The notes below the pieces were generated by a model. That model saw nothing but the letters and a program-made list of their open reading frames with translations. It was not told the origin of the DNA and ran no database searches. Of a stretch of DNA of 64,000 bases, positions 1 to 10,753 are shown piece by piece. Both the position numbers and the translations under genes were made by a program. The stretch is from Eledone cirrhosa (taxonomy: Eukaryota): contig CAXHJY010000386.1 in the NCBI GenBank assembly GCA_964016885.1, forward strand, positions 14,115 through 78,114, in the 5' to 3' direction. Position 1 is the stretch's first letter. Every line of letters starts with the position of its first letter.

Positions 1-129
1 GGAAAAGAGTCAGGACCCCGATGGGGTGCACTCTTTTCCTATTACCCACTCTACTACCCTAAGTATCGAGTACTCTGGTGCGTTATGGTCCACCTGGTTC
101 CTTACTACACTTTCTTTGTTTATATATAT

Positions 130-556
130 AACTTCCTTTTTGTATTTCTTGTGCAAGATTTCTTAACGTGTGTTGAAACAGATATTGTTATACTTTTTTT
201 TGGGGGGGGGGGGGGCATGCTGCTAATAAAAACACACGCATCTGTAGGTTTTCACTTTAATTTATAACGAATTTCCAATTGGTTGGTTTAATAACGAGAT
301 GGTTGTTTATTTATTTTCAAAGCTCTTTCGTCCACATATTCTGTGACCTCCTGAGTGACTAATTTGTTATTTTGTGTCTCTCTTTTGTTTTGTCCCCCGA
401 TCTTGTTTTTTTAAAACAAAATAACAAATTAGTTAGGGAGGAAAAAGAATGTGTGACGAATGAGCTTTCACAATAAATAAACAACAATCCGGTTATTAAA
501 CCAACCCACTGGAAATTTGTAATACATTAGCAGCATAACCCTCCCAAAGTATAACA
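130..556. mobile_element. Palindromic copy of the Penelope-type terminal-repeat family (same family as 17361-17901)
   Basis: About 180-345 is inverted relative to about 447-556. Shares gtgtgttgaaac.gatattgttatac and gtgtgacgaa.gagcttt with the copies at 17.4-18.6 kb and 34.1 kb. The hammerhead core is mutated here (CTCAGGA on the minus strand). Confidence 0.65.
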
Positions 557-699
557 GACACGCACACACATGTATATATAGAGAGACATATAACTTCATA
601 GAACGTGTCGGCTGCTTAGCACAAAACTTAATAACTTATACTTATCTCCCCCTCTCCCCCCACACACATACTCTCTCTCTTTCTCCTCCCCCTCTCTCT

Positions 700-905
700 C
701 AGTGATTAGAGAATTGGATTCGCAATCGTGAGGTTGCGAGTTCGATTCTCAGACCTGGCGATACGTTATGTCGTTGAGCAAGGCACTTGATTTAACGTTG
801 CTCCTTCTGCCAAGAGTTGCGACCGGTAGATAGTATCATCAATGGAAAGGCCAACGGAAACATTGTTTCCTCGGTCCGCTTTGACGAGGTCCACCCCCAC
901 CTGGT
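700..905 (+). mobile_element. tRNA-derived CORE-like SINE (family B)
   Basis: B-box gagttcgattctc followed by tgtcgttgagcaaggcacttg; near-identical layout to 44567-44775. Confidence 0.7.
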
Positions 906-946
906 AAGCGAATGAGGTTGGGGATCTTCTCGATTGGTTTCATATA

Positions 947-1160
947 TAATTGTTTCTACTTTAGGCACAAGGCCAGCAATTTGAAGGAGAGGAGAAAGTC
1001 GATTAAATCGACTCTAGTACATTACTGGTACTTTATTTTATCGACCCCGTAAGGATGAAAGGCAAAGCTAACCTGGGCGGGAGTTGAACTCAGAACGTAA
1101 AGGGCCGTAACTCTATCCTGCAAAGCTTGGTGTCCGACACTCTACCGATTCTGCCACCAA
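947..1160 (-). mobile_element. tRNA-derived SINE (family A, Meta-domain-like)
   Basis: Reverse complement of gttcaa..ccgcc..tttgcctttcatccttacggggtcgataaaataaagtaccag..gtagaaacaatt, which recurs more than 10 times in the window. Confidence 0.75.
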
Positions 1161-1364
1161 TGAAATATATTTACTTTTATTATGGTAATCTGCCACGGTT
1201 TATATATTAAGTAGGTGAACAGGATGTGTAAACATTTCGGTTTGTATATGTGTTTATGTATATAAAACGAGATGATTAGCCTCTGGAATGTTTTCGATCA
1301 TAAGTTTGCTCGGCCAAGGTCGACTTCGGGCTAAACAACACTCACGTCCACTTTTAAGTCGACA

Positions 1365-1720
1365 ATAGTGAGGGTGGTAGTGACAGTGCTGTTTTAATAG
1401 TGGTGGTGATCGTGGAGGTGACTGTGTTGTAGTAGTGGTGATGGTAATGATGGTGGTGACGGTGTTGTAGTGGTGATTGTGGTGTGGTAATGGTGGTAAT
1501 AGTGGCGGTGTTGTAGTAGTGGTGATGTTGTTGTTGTGGTGGTGGTGGTGGTGGCAAAGGTAGTGGTGATGGTGTTGGCGGAGGTGTGGTAGTGGTTGTT
1601 GACGGCCGTGGTGTTGGTGGTGATGTTGTAGAGGTGGCTGTGTTGCAGTGGTGGTAGTAGTAGTGGTGAAGGTGTGGTAGTGGTCGATGAAGGCCTTGGT
1701 GTGGAAGTGGTGGTGGCATT
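1365..1720. repeat. (GGT/GTA/GTT)n low-complexity tract
   Basis: Degenerate trinucleotide repeats; explains the P/H/T-rich ORF 1354..1758. Confidence 0.85.
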
Positions 1721-2314
1721 AATTTTTGTGTTAACATTTCTAAAACCATAATTAACATTAAACGACTGGCTATAACAATCGCTATTTGTTACGTAATCAC
1801 AAAATAATGATGCGTGTTGAAATTAACTTTGATTATGTCACGGCAAAGGAACTTTTCAGCTAACTTCTCATGGCACACCCAAAACTATAGAAATACTTCC
1901 AATATTTGTATGTATATATGTGGGACCCAAATCTATCGAAATATTTGTATGGAACCTGTGATCGTAGTTGTTTTTGATAAAGAGGTGTTCTTTAACAGTC
2001 GTGTGTGTGTGTGTGTGTGTGCGCCATCATCATCGTCGTTTTAACGTCCGCTATCCCTTCTAGCAAGGATTGGACGGGTCTACATTGACAAAGCCAGTGC
2101 TGAAGTGGGGCAACTGACCTCCCAGACAGACCAGGGATCTGTGTTTCGCTTATGTACGGTCTCACATTCTCTCTAGTGCACAGGAGAGGTTGTCATGTTT
2201 TTGACACAACTGTAGGTCTTCCCAACCATTTCTTTGGCAAGATTTCTACGAATGGATGCCCTTCCTATCACCAACCACTTCATAGCGTGTATTGGGTGCG
2301 TTTATTGTGTAGAT

Positions 2315-2510
2315 CAGCGCTTCCCAACCTATGGCTAAAATGGGCCATGGCAAATTTCAGGTGGGCCACAGAAATTTTATAATTTTTATTGGAAAATATT
2401 GCTCCTTACAGCTATAATTGTATGTGTTCATTAAATAGACATATTTGTATCTTTATTGGATATATTCTCTATATAATGGGGCCTGTGCTGAAAAAGGTTG
2501 GGAACCACTA
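2315..2510. mobile_element. hAT/Charlie-type MITE
   Basis: TIRs CAGCGCTTCCCAACCT and AGGTTGGGAACCACTA; perfect 8-bp TSD GTGTAGAT at 2307-2314 and 2511-2518. Confidence 0.85.
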
Positions 2511-2769
2511 GTGTAGATCACCAAACAATAGGGAGGCTGTCATGTCTTTTACAGCGTGTACTGGGTGCATTAATGGTTGGGAAGACCTACAGTTGTGTCA
2601 AAGATATGACAACCTCTCCTCTGCACTAGAGAGAATGTGAGACCGTACATAAGCGAAACACAGATCCCTGGTCTGTTTGGGAGGTCAGTTGCCCCACTTC
2701 AGCACTGGCTTTGTCAATGTAGACCCGTCCAATCCTTGCGAGAAGGGATAGCGGACGTTAAAACGTACA

Positions 2770-4146
2770 TACAGGTTGGTGCCCACCAGGGCTCTGTTCT
2801 TAGCCCTCTCCTGTTCATCATAGTTTTGCAGGCAATAACAGAGGAGTTTAAGACCGGATGCCCATGGGAACTCCTGTATGCAGATGACCTCGCACTTATA
2901 GCTGAATCTATGGTAGAACTAGAGAAGAAATTCCAAACATGGAAACGGGGACTAGAAAGAAAGGGTCTCAAAGTCAACCTGACAAAGACTAAGGTCCTTG
3001 TAAGTAGACGAGAAAACAGAACCCAGATCCCCTCAGAGAAATGGCCTTGCTCATTGTGTAGGAAAGGTGTAGGTAGCAACTCCATTCTCTTCCCCAAATG
3101 CAAACAATGGGTACACAAGAGATGTAGTGTGATCTCAGGAAGCTTAACTAAGAATGTAGGCTTCACATGTAGCAGCTGTGCTGGGACAGCAAGCAGCAAA
3201 CAGCCACAGGAAACAAGCACCACCAAACTCTGGGAGGGCTCTGTAGAAACAGTAGACAGCTTCTGCTACCTAGGTGACCAAATTAGCAGCGGAGGTGGGT
3301 GTTCGGAAAGTACAATAACTAGGGTAAGAACGGGATGGAAGAAGTTCAGGGAGCTACTGCCACTGCTAGCTGCAAAAGGCTTCTCCTTCAAAATGAAAGG
3401 CAGACTGTATGATGCGTGTATACGAACATCAATGTTACATGGTAGTGAGACCTGGGCGCTGTCTGTAGAAGACTTGTGTAGATTAGAAAGAAACGAAGCC
3501 TGCATGCTCCAATGGATGTGTAATAGTAATATACGTGAACGGCAAAGCATAAACGAATTGAGAGAGAGACTGAACATAAGAGGAATCAAATGGTGTGTGC
3601 AGGAGAGGCGGTTGCATTGGTATGGACATGTGATGCGTATGAAGGATGACAGCTGCATAAAAAGGTGCAGAGCACTAGAAGTCGATGGAAACCGCGGAGT
3701 GGGGAGACCCAAGAAGACCTGGGATGAGGTGATAAAAACTGACCTTACCCAATTACACCTCTCAAAGGTGATGACACACGACCGTCACCTCTGGCGTCAC
3801 GCAGTAATACAGAAGACCCGACCCCCCATGAGTACAAGCCGAAGCTGAAGCATATAGACAATATACCCCCACACCCTCCCACTGCAAAATGGTCGTGGAG
3901 GTGCCACGGCAAAAAAGCACCCAGCCCACACTGTAAAGTGGACGTGTAGGCACCACGGAAAAAAAGCACCCACCACTCACTGTAAATGAGGCTTGTGTTA
4001 GGAAGGGCATCCAGTTGTAGAAATCAAGCCAGAATCAGTTCCCGTATGAGCAAGACATGGTCAGCCGACTGGACATTGCCCACAACAGGACAACCCGTCT
4101 AACCCATGCTAGCGTGGAAGAACAGACGTAAAACGGTGATGATGAT
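2770..4146 (+). mobile_element. 5'-truncated RTE-clade LINE (RT C-terminal part, stop at 3848, 3' UTR, (GAT)n tail)
   Basis: QGSVLSPLLF, LLYADD, FCYLGD, LHGSETW, RLHWYGHV, GRPKKTW motifs; the 3' UTR ends gacgtaaaacggtgatgatgat. Confidence 0.92.
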
Positions 4147-4275
4147 ATATATATATGTGTATATATATGTGTGTGTGTGTGTTTATATATGTATGTGTGT
4201 GTATATAAGTATGTGTCTGTGTGTATATATGTGTTTATATATGTATATGTGTGTATATATATGTGCGTGTGTGTG

Positions 4276-4330
<55 letters not shown>

Positions 4331-4534
4331 AGAAAGCATGGTTGCACAGTAATAACCAGACAGCCATTATAAGAGAATCTTATTCAACAAATTTCTATTA
4401 AAATATCTTTAGAATAAAAAGAAAGAGAAAAAGAAAACATGCAATAAGAAGTAGAAGGTTTTAATGGGAGTGGCAGATTTCACACTCCCAGTCTAGACTG
4501 TATACTACTTCAACAAAATGGCAAAAGTATTACC

Positions 4535-4601
4535 ATGGAGATCAGCCAGCAACACCTACTTCACCAATCACACAACCTCATGCGGGAGACCCCTTCCTCG
4601 G
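4535..4601 (+). CDS. Probable coding exon 1 of the proline-rich PPxY tail-anchored protein (MEISQQHLLHQSHNLMRETPSS)
   Basis: Strong Kozak context ACCATGG, in-frame stop upstream, and a phase-1 donor G|GTAGGT matching the phase-1 acceptor at 14390. Alternative phase-1 donors exist near 1909 and 10503. Confidence 0.55.
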
Positions 4602-4802
4602 GTAGGTTGTACTCCTCCCGATTTTGCATAGGAAAACATAAGTGGACACGAGAAGTCTCAAAGGTGGCTGGAATGGAAAGGAAAGGAAGCAGTCAGTAAA
4701 GTCCCAGTATTTGGTTATCTTTCTCTCCTCTACATTACAGATGGAGGTGCCTGGCCATTTGGCTGAAGCAACAATTTTGGAAGTGGAGATTGTGTCACAG
4801 CA

Positions 4803-6208
4803 TGGGACATCCCAATATTGGAGGTAGAGAATATGTGACAGTATGTGACATCCATATATTGGAGGTAGAGAATATGTGACAGTACGTGACATCCCAATGT
4901 TGGAGGTAGAGAATGTGTGACAGTACGTGACATCCCAATGTTGGAGGTAGAGAATGTGTGACAGTACGTGACATCCCAATGTTGGAGGTAGAGAATATGT
5001 GACAGTACGTGACATCCCAATGTTGGAGGTAGAGAATATGTGACAGTACGTGACATCCCAATGTTGGAGGTAGAGAATATGTGACAGTACGTGACATCCC
5101 AATGTTGGAGGTAGAGAATATGTGACAGTATGTGACATCCCAATGTTGGAGGTAGAGAATATGTGACAGTACGTGACATCCCAATGTTGGAGGTAGAGAA
5201 TATGTGACAGTACGTGACATCCCAATGTTGGAGGTAGAGAATATGTGACAGTACGTGACATCCCAATGTTGGAGGTAGAGAATATGTGACAGTACGTGAC
5301 ATCCCAATGTTGGAGGTAGAGAATATGTGACAGTACGTGACATCCCAATGTTGGAGGTAGAGAATATGTGACAGTACGTGACATCCCAATGTTGGAGGTA
5401 GAGAATATGTGACAGTACGTGACATCCCAATGTTGGAGGTAGAGAATATGTGACAGTATGTGACATCCCAATGTTGGAGGTAGAGAATGTGTGACAGTAC
5501 GTGACATCCCAATGTTGGAGGTAGAGAATATGTGACAGTATGTGACATCCCAATGTTGGAGGTAGAGAATGTGTGACAGTACGTGACATCCCAATGTTGG
5601 AGGTAGAGAATATGTGACAGTATGTGACATCCCAATGTTGGAGGTAGAGAATAGGTGACAGTACGTGACATCCCAATGTTGGAGGTAGAGAATATGTGAC
5701 AGTACGTGACATCCCAATGTTGGAGGTAGAGAATATGTGACAGTACGTGACATCCCAATGTTGGAGGTAGAGAATATGTGACAGTATGTGACATCCCAAT
5801 GTTGGAGGTAGAGAATATGTGACAGTACGTGACATCCCAATGTTGGAGGTAGAGAATATGTGACAGTACGTGACATCCCAATGTTGGAGGTAGAGAATGT
5901 GTGACAGTACGTGACATCCCAATGTTGGAGGTAGAGAATATGTGACAGTACGTGACATCCCAATGTTGGAAGTAGAGAATGTGTGACAGTACGTGACATC
6001 CCAATGTTGGAGGTAGAGAATATGTGACAGTACGTGACATCCCAATGTTGGAGGTAGAGAATGTGTGACAGTACGTGACATCCCAATGTTGGAGGTAGAG
6101 AATGTGTGACAGTATGTGACATCCCAATGTTGGAGGTAGAGAATGTGTGACAGTATGTGACATCCCAATGTTGGAGGTAGAGAATATGTGACAGTACGAG
6201 ACATCCCA
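4803..6208. repeat. 41-bp minisatellite, about 34 highly homogeneous copies
   Basis: Unit gtgacatcccaatgttggaggtagagaatatgtgacagtac; produces the three spurious minus-strand ORFs. Confidence 0.97.
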
Positions 6209-6296
6209 AGAATAGAGTCAGAGAACTTGTTGCAGCCTGTGACGTCCCATTGTAATAGTTCACTTTTATTTTCTACATACTTCAAACAAAGATTAA

Positions 6297-6466
6297 CCCT
6301 TTAGCATTTACATTACTCTATGTTTACTATTATATTTTTACTATAAAGGCTTTAACTCACATAATTATCTCACATAATATCAGTATGAGTGGCCAGGTAC
6401 AGCCGGTTTGAACAGAAAGAGGTGAGAGAATTCTGGCTGGATATGGCCGGTTTAAATGCTAAAGGG
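6297..6466. mobile_element. piggyBac-type MITE
   Basis: TTAA-CCCTTTAGCATTTA ... TAAATGCTAAAGGG-TTAA; other copies at 9794-10273, 14686-14906 and 52597-52801. Confidence 0.85.
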
Positions 6467-6719
6467 TTAAGTCTTCTCTCAGCCTTAATGGTATGAATTC
6501 ACAGTAGCTCAATAACAATCTGTTATTCCATAGTTTAGTAAAGTACAGGTGTGAAATGGACAATGACTGATGCATAAATATAATTTCAAGTTTTACTTTA
6601 ACAATAAAAACAAGATATGAATAAAACATATTGTGACGTTTAAAAGAAATTTAAACGTTCAAGGAGTGATCAAAGCAAGTGTTAATATGTTTTTGTGATC
6701 GAGGGTAGCTTTAGAATGT

Positions 6720-7032
6720 GTCTGAGTAGCATTTTTCGGAAACATTTTTTATTCACACTCAGAGTTGCTGAAGCATGGAACAAACTACCTGCACTGGTTG
6801 TTAGCTGTCGAGACACTGCATCCTTTAAACCCTCCATGCTTCCTGAGATTCGCCAACATTACACCTAATATTCCCCCTCCATACACACGCACACATGTAT
6901 ATCATGACTCATACACTATTCACTTCCCTGACACTTGTATATTATTCTATGTAGTATACATGCACCTTTGACGAGTTGTAGTGCACCTGAGCACTGTACA
7001 TAATAATTTCATTATTATTATCATTATTATTA
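6720..7032 (+). mobile_element. CR1-like LINE 3' end fragment
   Basis: Encodes ..LRVAEAWNKLP.., followed by 3' UTR and (ATT)n tail; homologous to 19790-20070. Confidence 0.7.
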
Positions 7033-7034
7033 TA

Positions 7035-7480
7035 AAGCTATCTCTACAATTTGTGCCTTGGTATTTAGCATCATAAGCTAGCCCTACAATTTGTACCTGG
7101 GTATTTAGCATCATATGTTGGCTCTACAATACATGCCTGGGTATTTAGTACCCTAGGCTAGCTCTACAATGTGTGCCTGAGTATTTATCACCATCGGCTA
7201 GCTCTACAATGCAAACCTGGGTCTTAAGCACCCTAGTCTAGCTCTACAATGCAAACCTGGGTATTTAGCACCCTAGTCTAGCTCTACAATGCAAACCTGG
7301 GTCTTAAGCACCCTAGTCTAGCTCTACAATGCAAACCTGGGTATTTAGCACCCTAGGCTAGCTCTACAATGTGTGCCTGGGTATATAGTACCCTAGTCTG
7401 GCCCTACAATGTATACCTGGGTATTTAGCACCCTAGGCCAGCTCTACAATGGATGTCTGGGTATTTAGCATCCTATGAAT
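7035..7480. repeat. 40-bp minisatellite, about 11 copies
   Basis: gctctacaat recurs at 7201, 7241, 7281, 7321 and 7361. Confidence 0.92.
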
Positions 7481-7759
7481 AGCTTTACACGATATACTCT
7501 CGTCTCTCTGTTATGTGCCCCATTCTTCCAAATCTTGCTCAGGTCCACTTTATCTTTCATCCCTTTGAGGTTGATAAAGAAATCTGCCCACTCTCTTTCC
7601 AATTGTCACACTGTGGATAATCCACTGGATCAACAGGATAGAGAGTTGTGAGGGTGCCAGTATCTGCTGGCACCTACACAGACACTCAAAACGCTTAGTG
7701 AAAGCATGGTATATACTACCAAATCATACTCAATTGCAAATGACAGTTGTAATTTTTTA

Positions 7760-8062
7760 CTGTATATATACGCACATATATACTCCCTCTCACACACACA
7801 TATATACTCTCTCTCTCTCACATATATACTCTCTCTCTCTCTCACACACACATATATACTCTCTCTCTCTCACACACACATATATACTCTCTCTCTCTCT
7901 CTCACACACATATACTCTCTCTCTCACACACACATATACTCTCTCTCACACACACATATACTCTCTCTCTCACACACATATACTCTCTCTCTCTCACATA
8001 TATATATATATACTCACACTCACACATATGTATTCACACACACATGCATATACACATATATA
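7760..8062. repeat. Compound (CT)n(CA)n(TA)n microsatellite
   Basis: Direct reading of the sequence. Confidence 0.9.
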
Positions 8063-8221
8063 AATAGTGCCGATAGTTTCCAAAGAATTAGATCAAGGGA
8101 AAACAAACACTAATGTCCAGAGCCAAAATATAGGAGTAAGATCTCTCAACACAAATGTATTTACCTGACTTATTAGTATCAGCCTATTATTATTTATTAT
8201 TATAATTAGTAGTATTATTAG

Positions 8222-8835
8222 GGTGGTGGATTGGCAGTATAGGTAGAGGGTCGGATGCCATGCTTAGCAGCATAGAGTTACGTCCCTTTGCGTTCTGAGT
8301 TCAAATCCCGCCAAGGGTCAACTTTGCCTTTCATCCTTACAAGGTCGATAAAATAAAGTACCAGTAATGTACTGGGTAATTGCTGGCCTTGTGCCAAAAG
8401 TAGAAACAATTATTATTTTTATTATTTCCATTATTTTTGTTATTATTATTATTGGATTGGCAGTATTGGTAGAGCATCAGACACCATGCTTTGAAGCATA
8501 GAGTTACGGCCCTTTATATTCTGAGTTCAAATCTCACTGAGATTAGCTTTGCCTTTTGTCCTTATGGGGTCAATAAAATAAAGTACCAGTAATGCACTGG
8601 GGTCGATTTAATCGACTTTTCCCTCTCTTTGAAATTGCTGGCCTTGTGCCTAACGTAGAAACAATTATTGCTCAAGCATCAGACACCATGCATTGCAGGA
8701 TAGAGTTATGGCCTTTTAGGTTCTGAGTTCAAATCTCACCAAGGTTAACTTTGCCTTTCATCCTTATGGGGTCGATGAAATAAAGCACCAATAATGCGGT
8801 AATTGCTGGCATTGTGCCTTAAGTAGAAACAATTA
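8222..8835 (+). mobile_element. Cluster of three head-to-tail family-A SINEs
   Basis: ctgagttcaaatc...gcctttcatcctt..ggtcgat..aaataaagtacc...gtagaaacaatt at about 8222-8412, 8452-8668 and 8676-8835. Confidence 0.82.
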
Positions 8836-9879
8836 TTATTATTATTATGTTTACTATTATTAATACTTTCAGTATCTTTGTTTAATCATAAGACTACTAT
8901 TTATATCATTTTCCATATATGGTAGCTGGAAATTATTTGGTTATTCTAAAAAGAATATTAGTCTCCTGATTTTTTCATAGCAGAATTTGTTCTTCTTGAT
9001 TCACCTAATGAAATAATTCTCCTTGCATACATTTTGTTCCTCTCAAGAGAACATCTTCATGAGTTACCATTATCTCTTGCTATTTTCTTAAGACAATATT
9101 TGGTTGTAATTTTTCCCGCTTTAGGGTGAAAGTAGAAATTGCTTAAACTTTTAATCTGTAATTATCATTACACCTATATATACACACGCACACAGACACA
9201 CGGCTTAGTGGTTAGAGCATTTGGCTTGCAATCGTCTGTGGAACCTTCCTGCGACTAGATAAGGTTTATATCATTAGCAGTCTTCCTCTCGATTTCTCCT
9301 GTGCATCTTCTTCATGCAAAGTTCTCCCTTCCTGTTAGTCTACTTGTCATCCTACAACATCTTTTGTGTACCCAAGATTTACATTGTGTACACCGTATGG
9401 AGTTTATGCCTACTCCTATTTTGCATATTAAGCTGTGTATCTATTTTAAACCGGCATAAATAACCAAGATATTGACATCTCACTGGCTCAATCCAACAAG
9501 TTGTAAATAGGCACCATATGATGTCCGAGACAAATGTCATAGTCAAATATATACACACAGCTGTTATATTTTCTTAGAAACATGCTTTTAAAACTACATT
9601 ATAAAAGTGTGTTTAAAAATCAATGGCTTTGAAAACAAAGTAATGTTTATTGATGATCTAAATATCAGAATATTACTACCTGGTTGGATCATGAAGTGGG
9701 ATTGCACCCAGAACCATGAGGTTGTGAAACTTACTATTTAACAGTACAGAAATGTCTACACCTATCATGTTGTTACAGCTCACACCTATGCAACCCATTA
9801 GCATTTACATTATTCTATATATACTATTGTATTTTTGTGGTAAAGGCTTTATTTTAAATAATTATTCCACATAACATCA

Positions 9880-10195
9880 GAAGGCACATGGCTTAGTGGT
9901 TAGAGCAATCGAAAGGTTGTGAGTTCAATTCTCAGACCGAGTGATATGTTGTTTCCTTGAGCAAGACACTTTATTTAACATTGCTCCAGTTTACTCAGCT
10001 GTAGAAATGAGATGATAGGGACTGGGGTCCCTATCATTCCACTGTGAAGGTGCCATAGCAAAAAAGCACCCAGCACTCACTGTAAATGAGGTTGGTGTTA
10101 GGAAGGGCATCCAGCTGTAGAAATCAAGCCAGAATCAGTTCCCGTCCCACCCTTGCAAGCAGGGAAAAGCGGACGTAAAAATGATGATGATGATG
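9880..10195 (+). mobile_element. Family-B SINE head plus RTE-type 3' tail, nested in a piggyBac-type MITE (9794-10273)
   Basis: tRNA-like head gaaggcacatggcttagtggttagag, CORE-like block, then an RTE 3' UTR ending gcggacgtaaaaatgatgatgatg. MITE sequence resumes after it. Confidence 0.7.
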
Positions 10196-10753
10196 AATAT
10201 CAAATCTACAAAATTTTGATGTTATTTATTTTGAGAACAATACCTTAACACAGCCAGTTTAAATGTTAAAGGGTTAACTAGCCTCCTTCAAGGTTGCATC
10301 TCATAAGAGTATTCTTAGGTGTTTTAATGATAGGCTCCCCTATCATATGTTGTCGCAGCTCACACCTATGTAGTTTTAGCTTGCCTCCAACAAGGCTATA
10401 TCTCGTAGGAGTTCTCTCAAGTGTTTTAATTATAGGGGCCCCAATCTTTCTTATGTTGTTGATACAGCTCACACCTTTGCCAGTTTAGCATGATTACATC
10501 GGGTAAATTAACCCTGGAGACAGAAAAAAATGGTGGACAAAGCCACATGTATGAATCAATTGACTTTACCCTCCCAAAAAATTGTTGGTCTAAATTGTTG
10601 CCTAAATCAGAAACCATCATTTTTAGCATTACTTTTGGCTATTTGTTTACTTATACATACATATATATATATTTATTTATTATAAGAACAGGTTATAATA
10701 AATATTTGCTCTACGGCTTTATATATATTTTAGTTTTCACATTTATTATTACT

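Noticed and set aside
2637-2769. N-terminal part of the 403-aa ORF
   Set aside because: Read-through of an inverted duplication of flanking DNA; RT homology starts at about 2770.
4578-6285. Three long ORFs of 477-561 aa, and a CRISPR-like periodic look
   Set aside because: Stop-free frames of a 41-bp tandem repeat; no unique spacers and no cas genes; eukaryotic context.
10490-10502. Alternative first exon ATGATTACATCGG|GTAAAT for the PPxY gene (also about 1835-1908)
   Set aside because: Phase-compatible but weaker start context than 4535-4601; cannot be excluded without RNA data.
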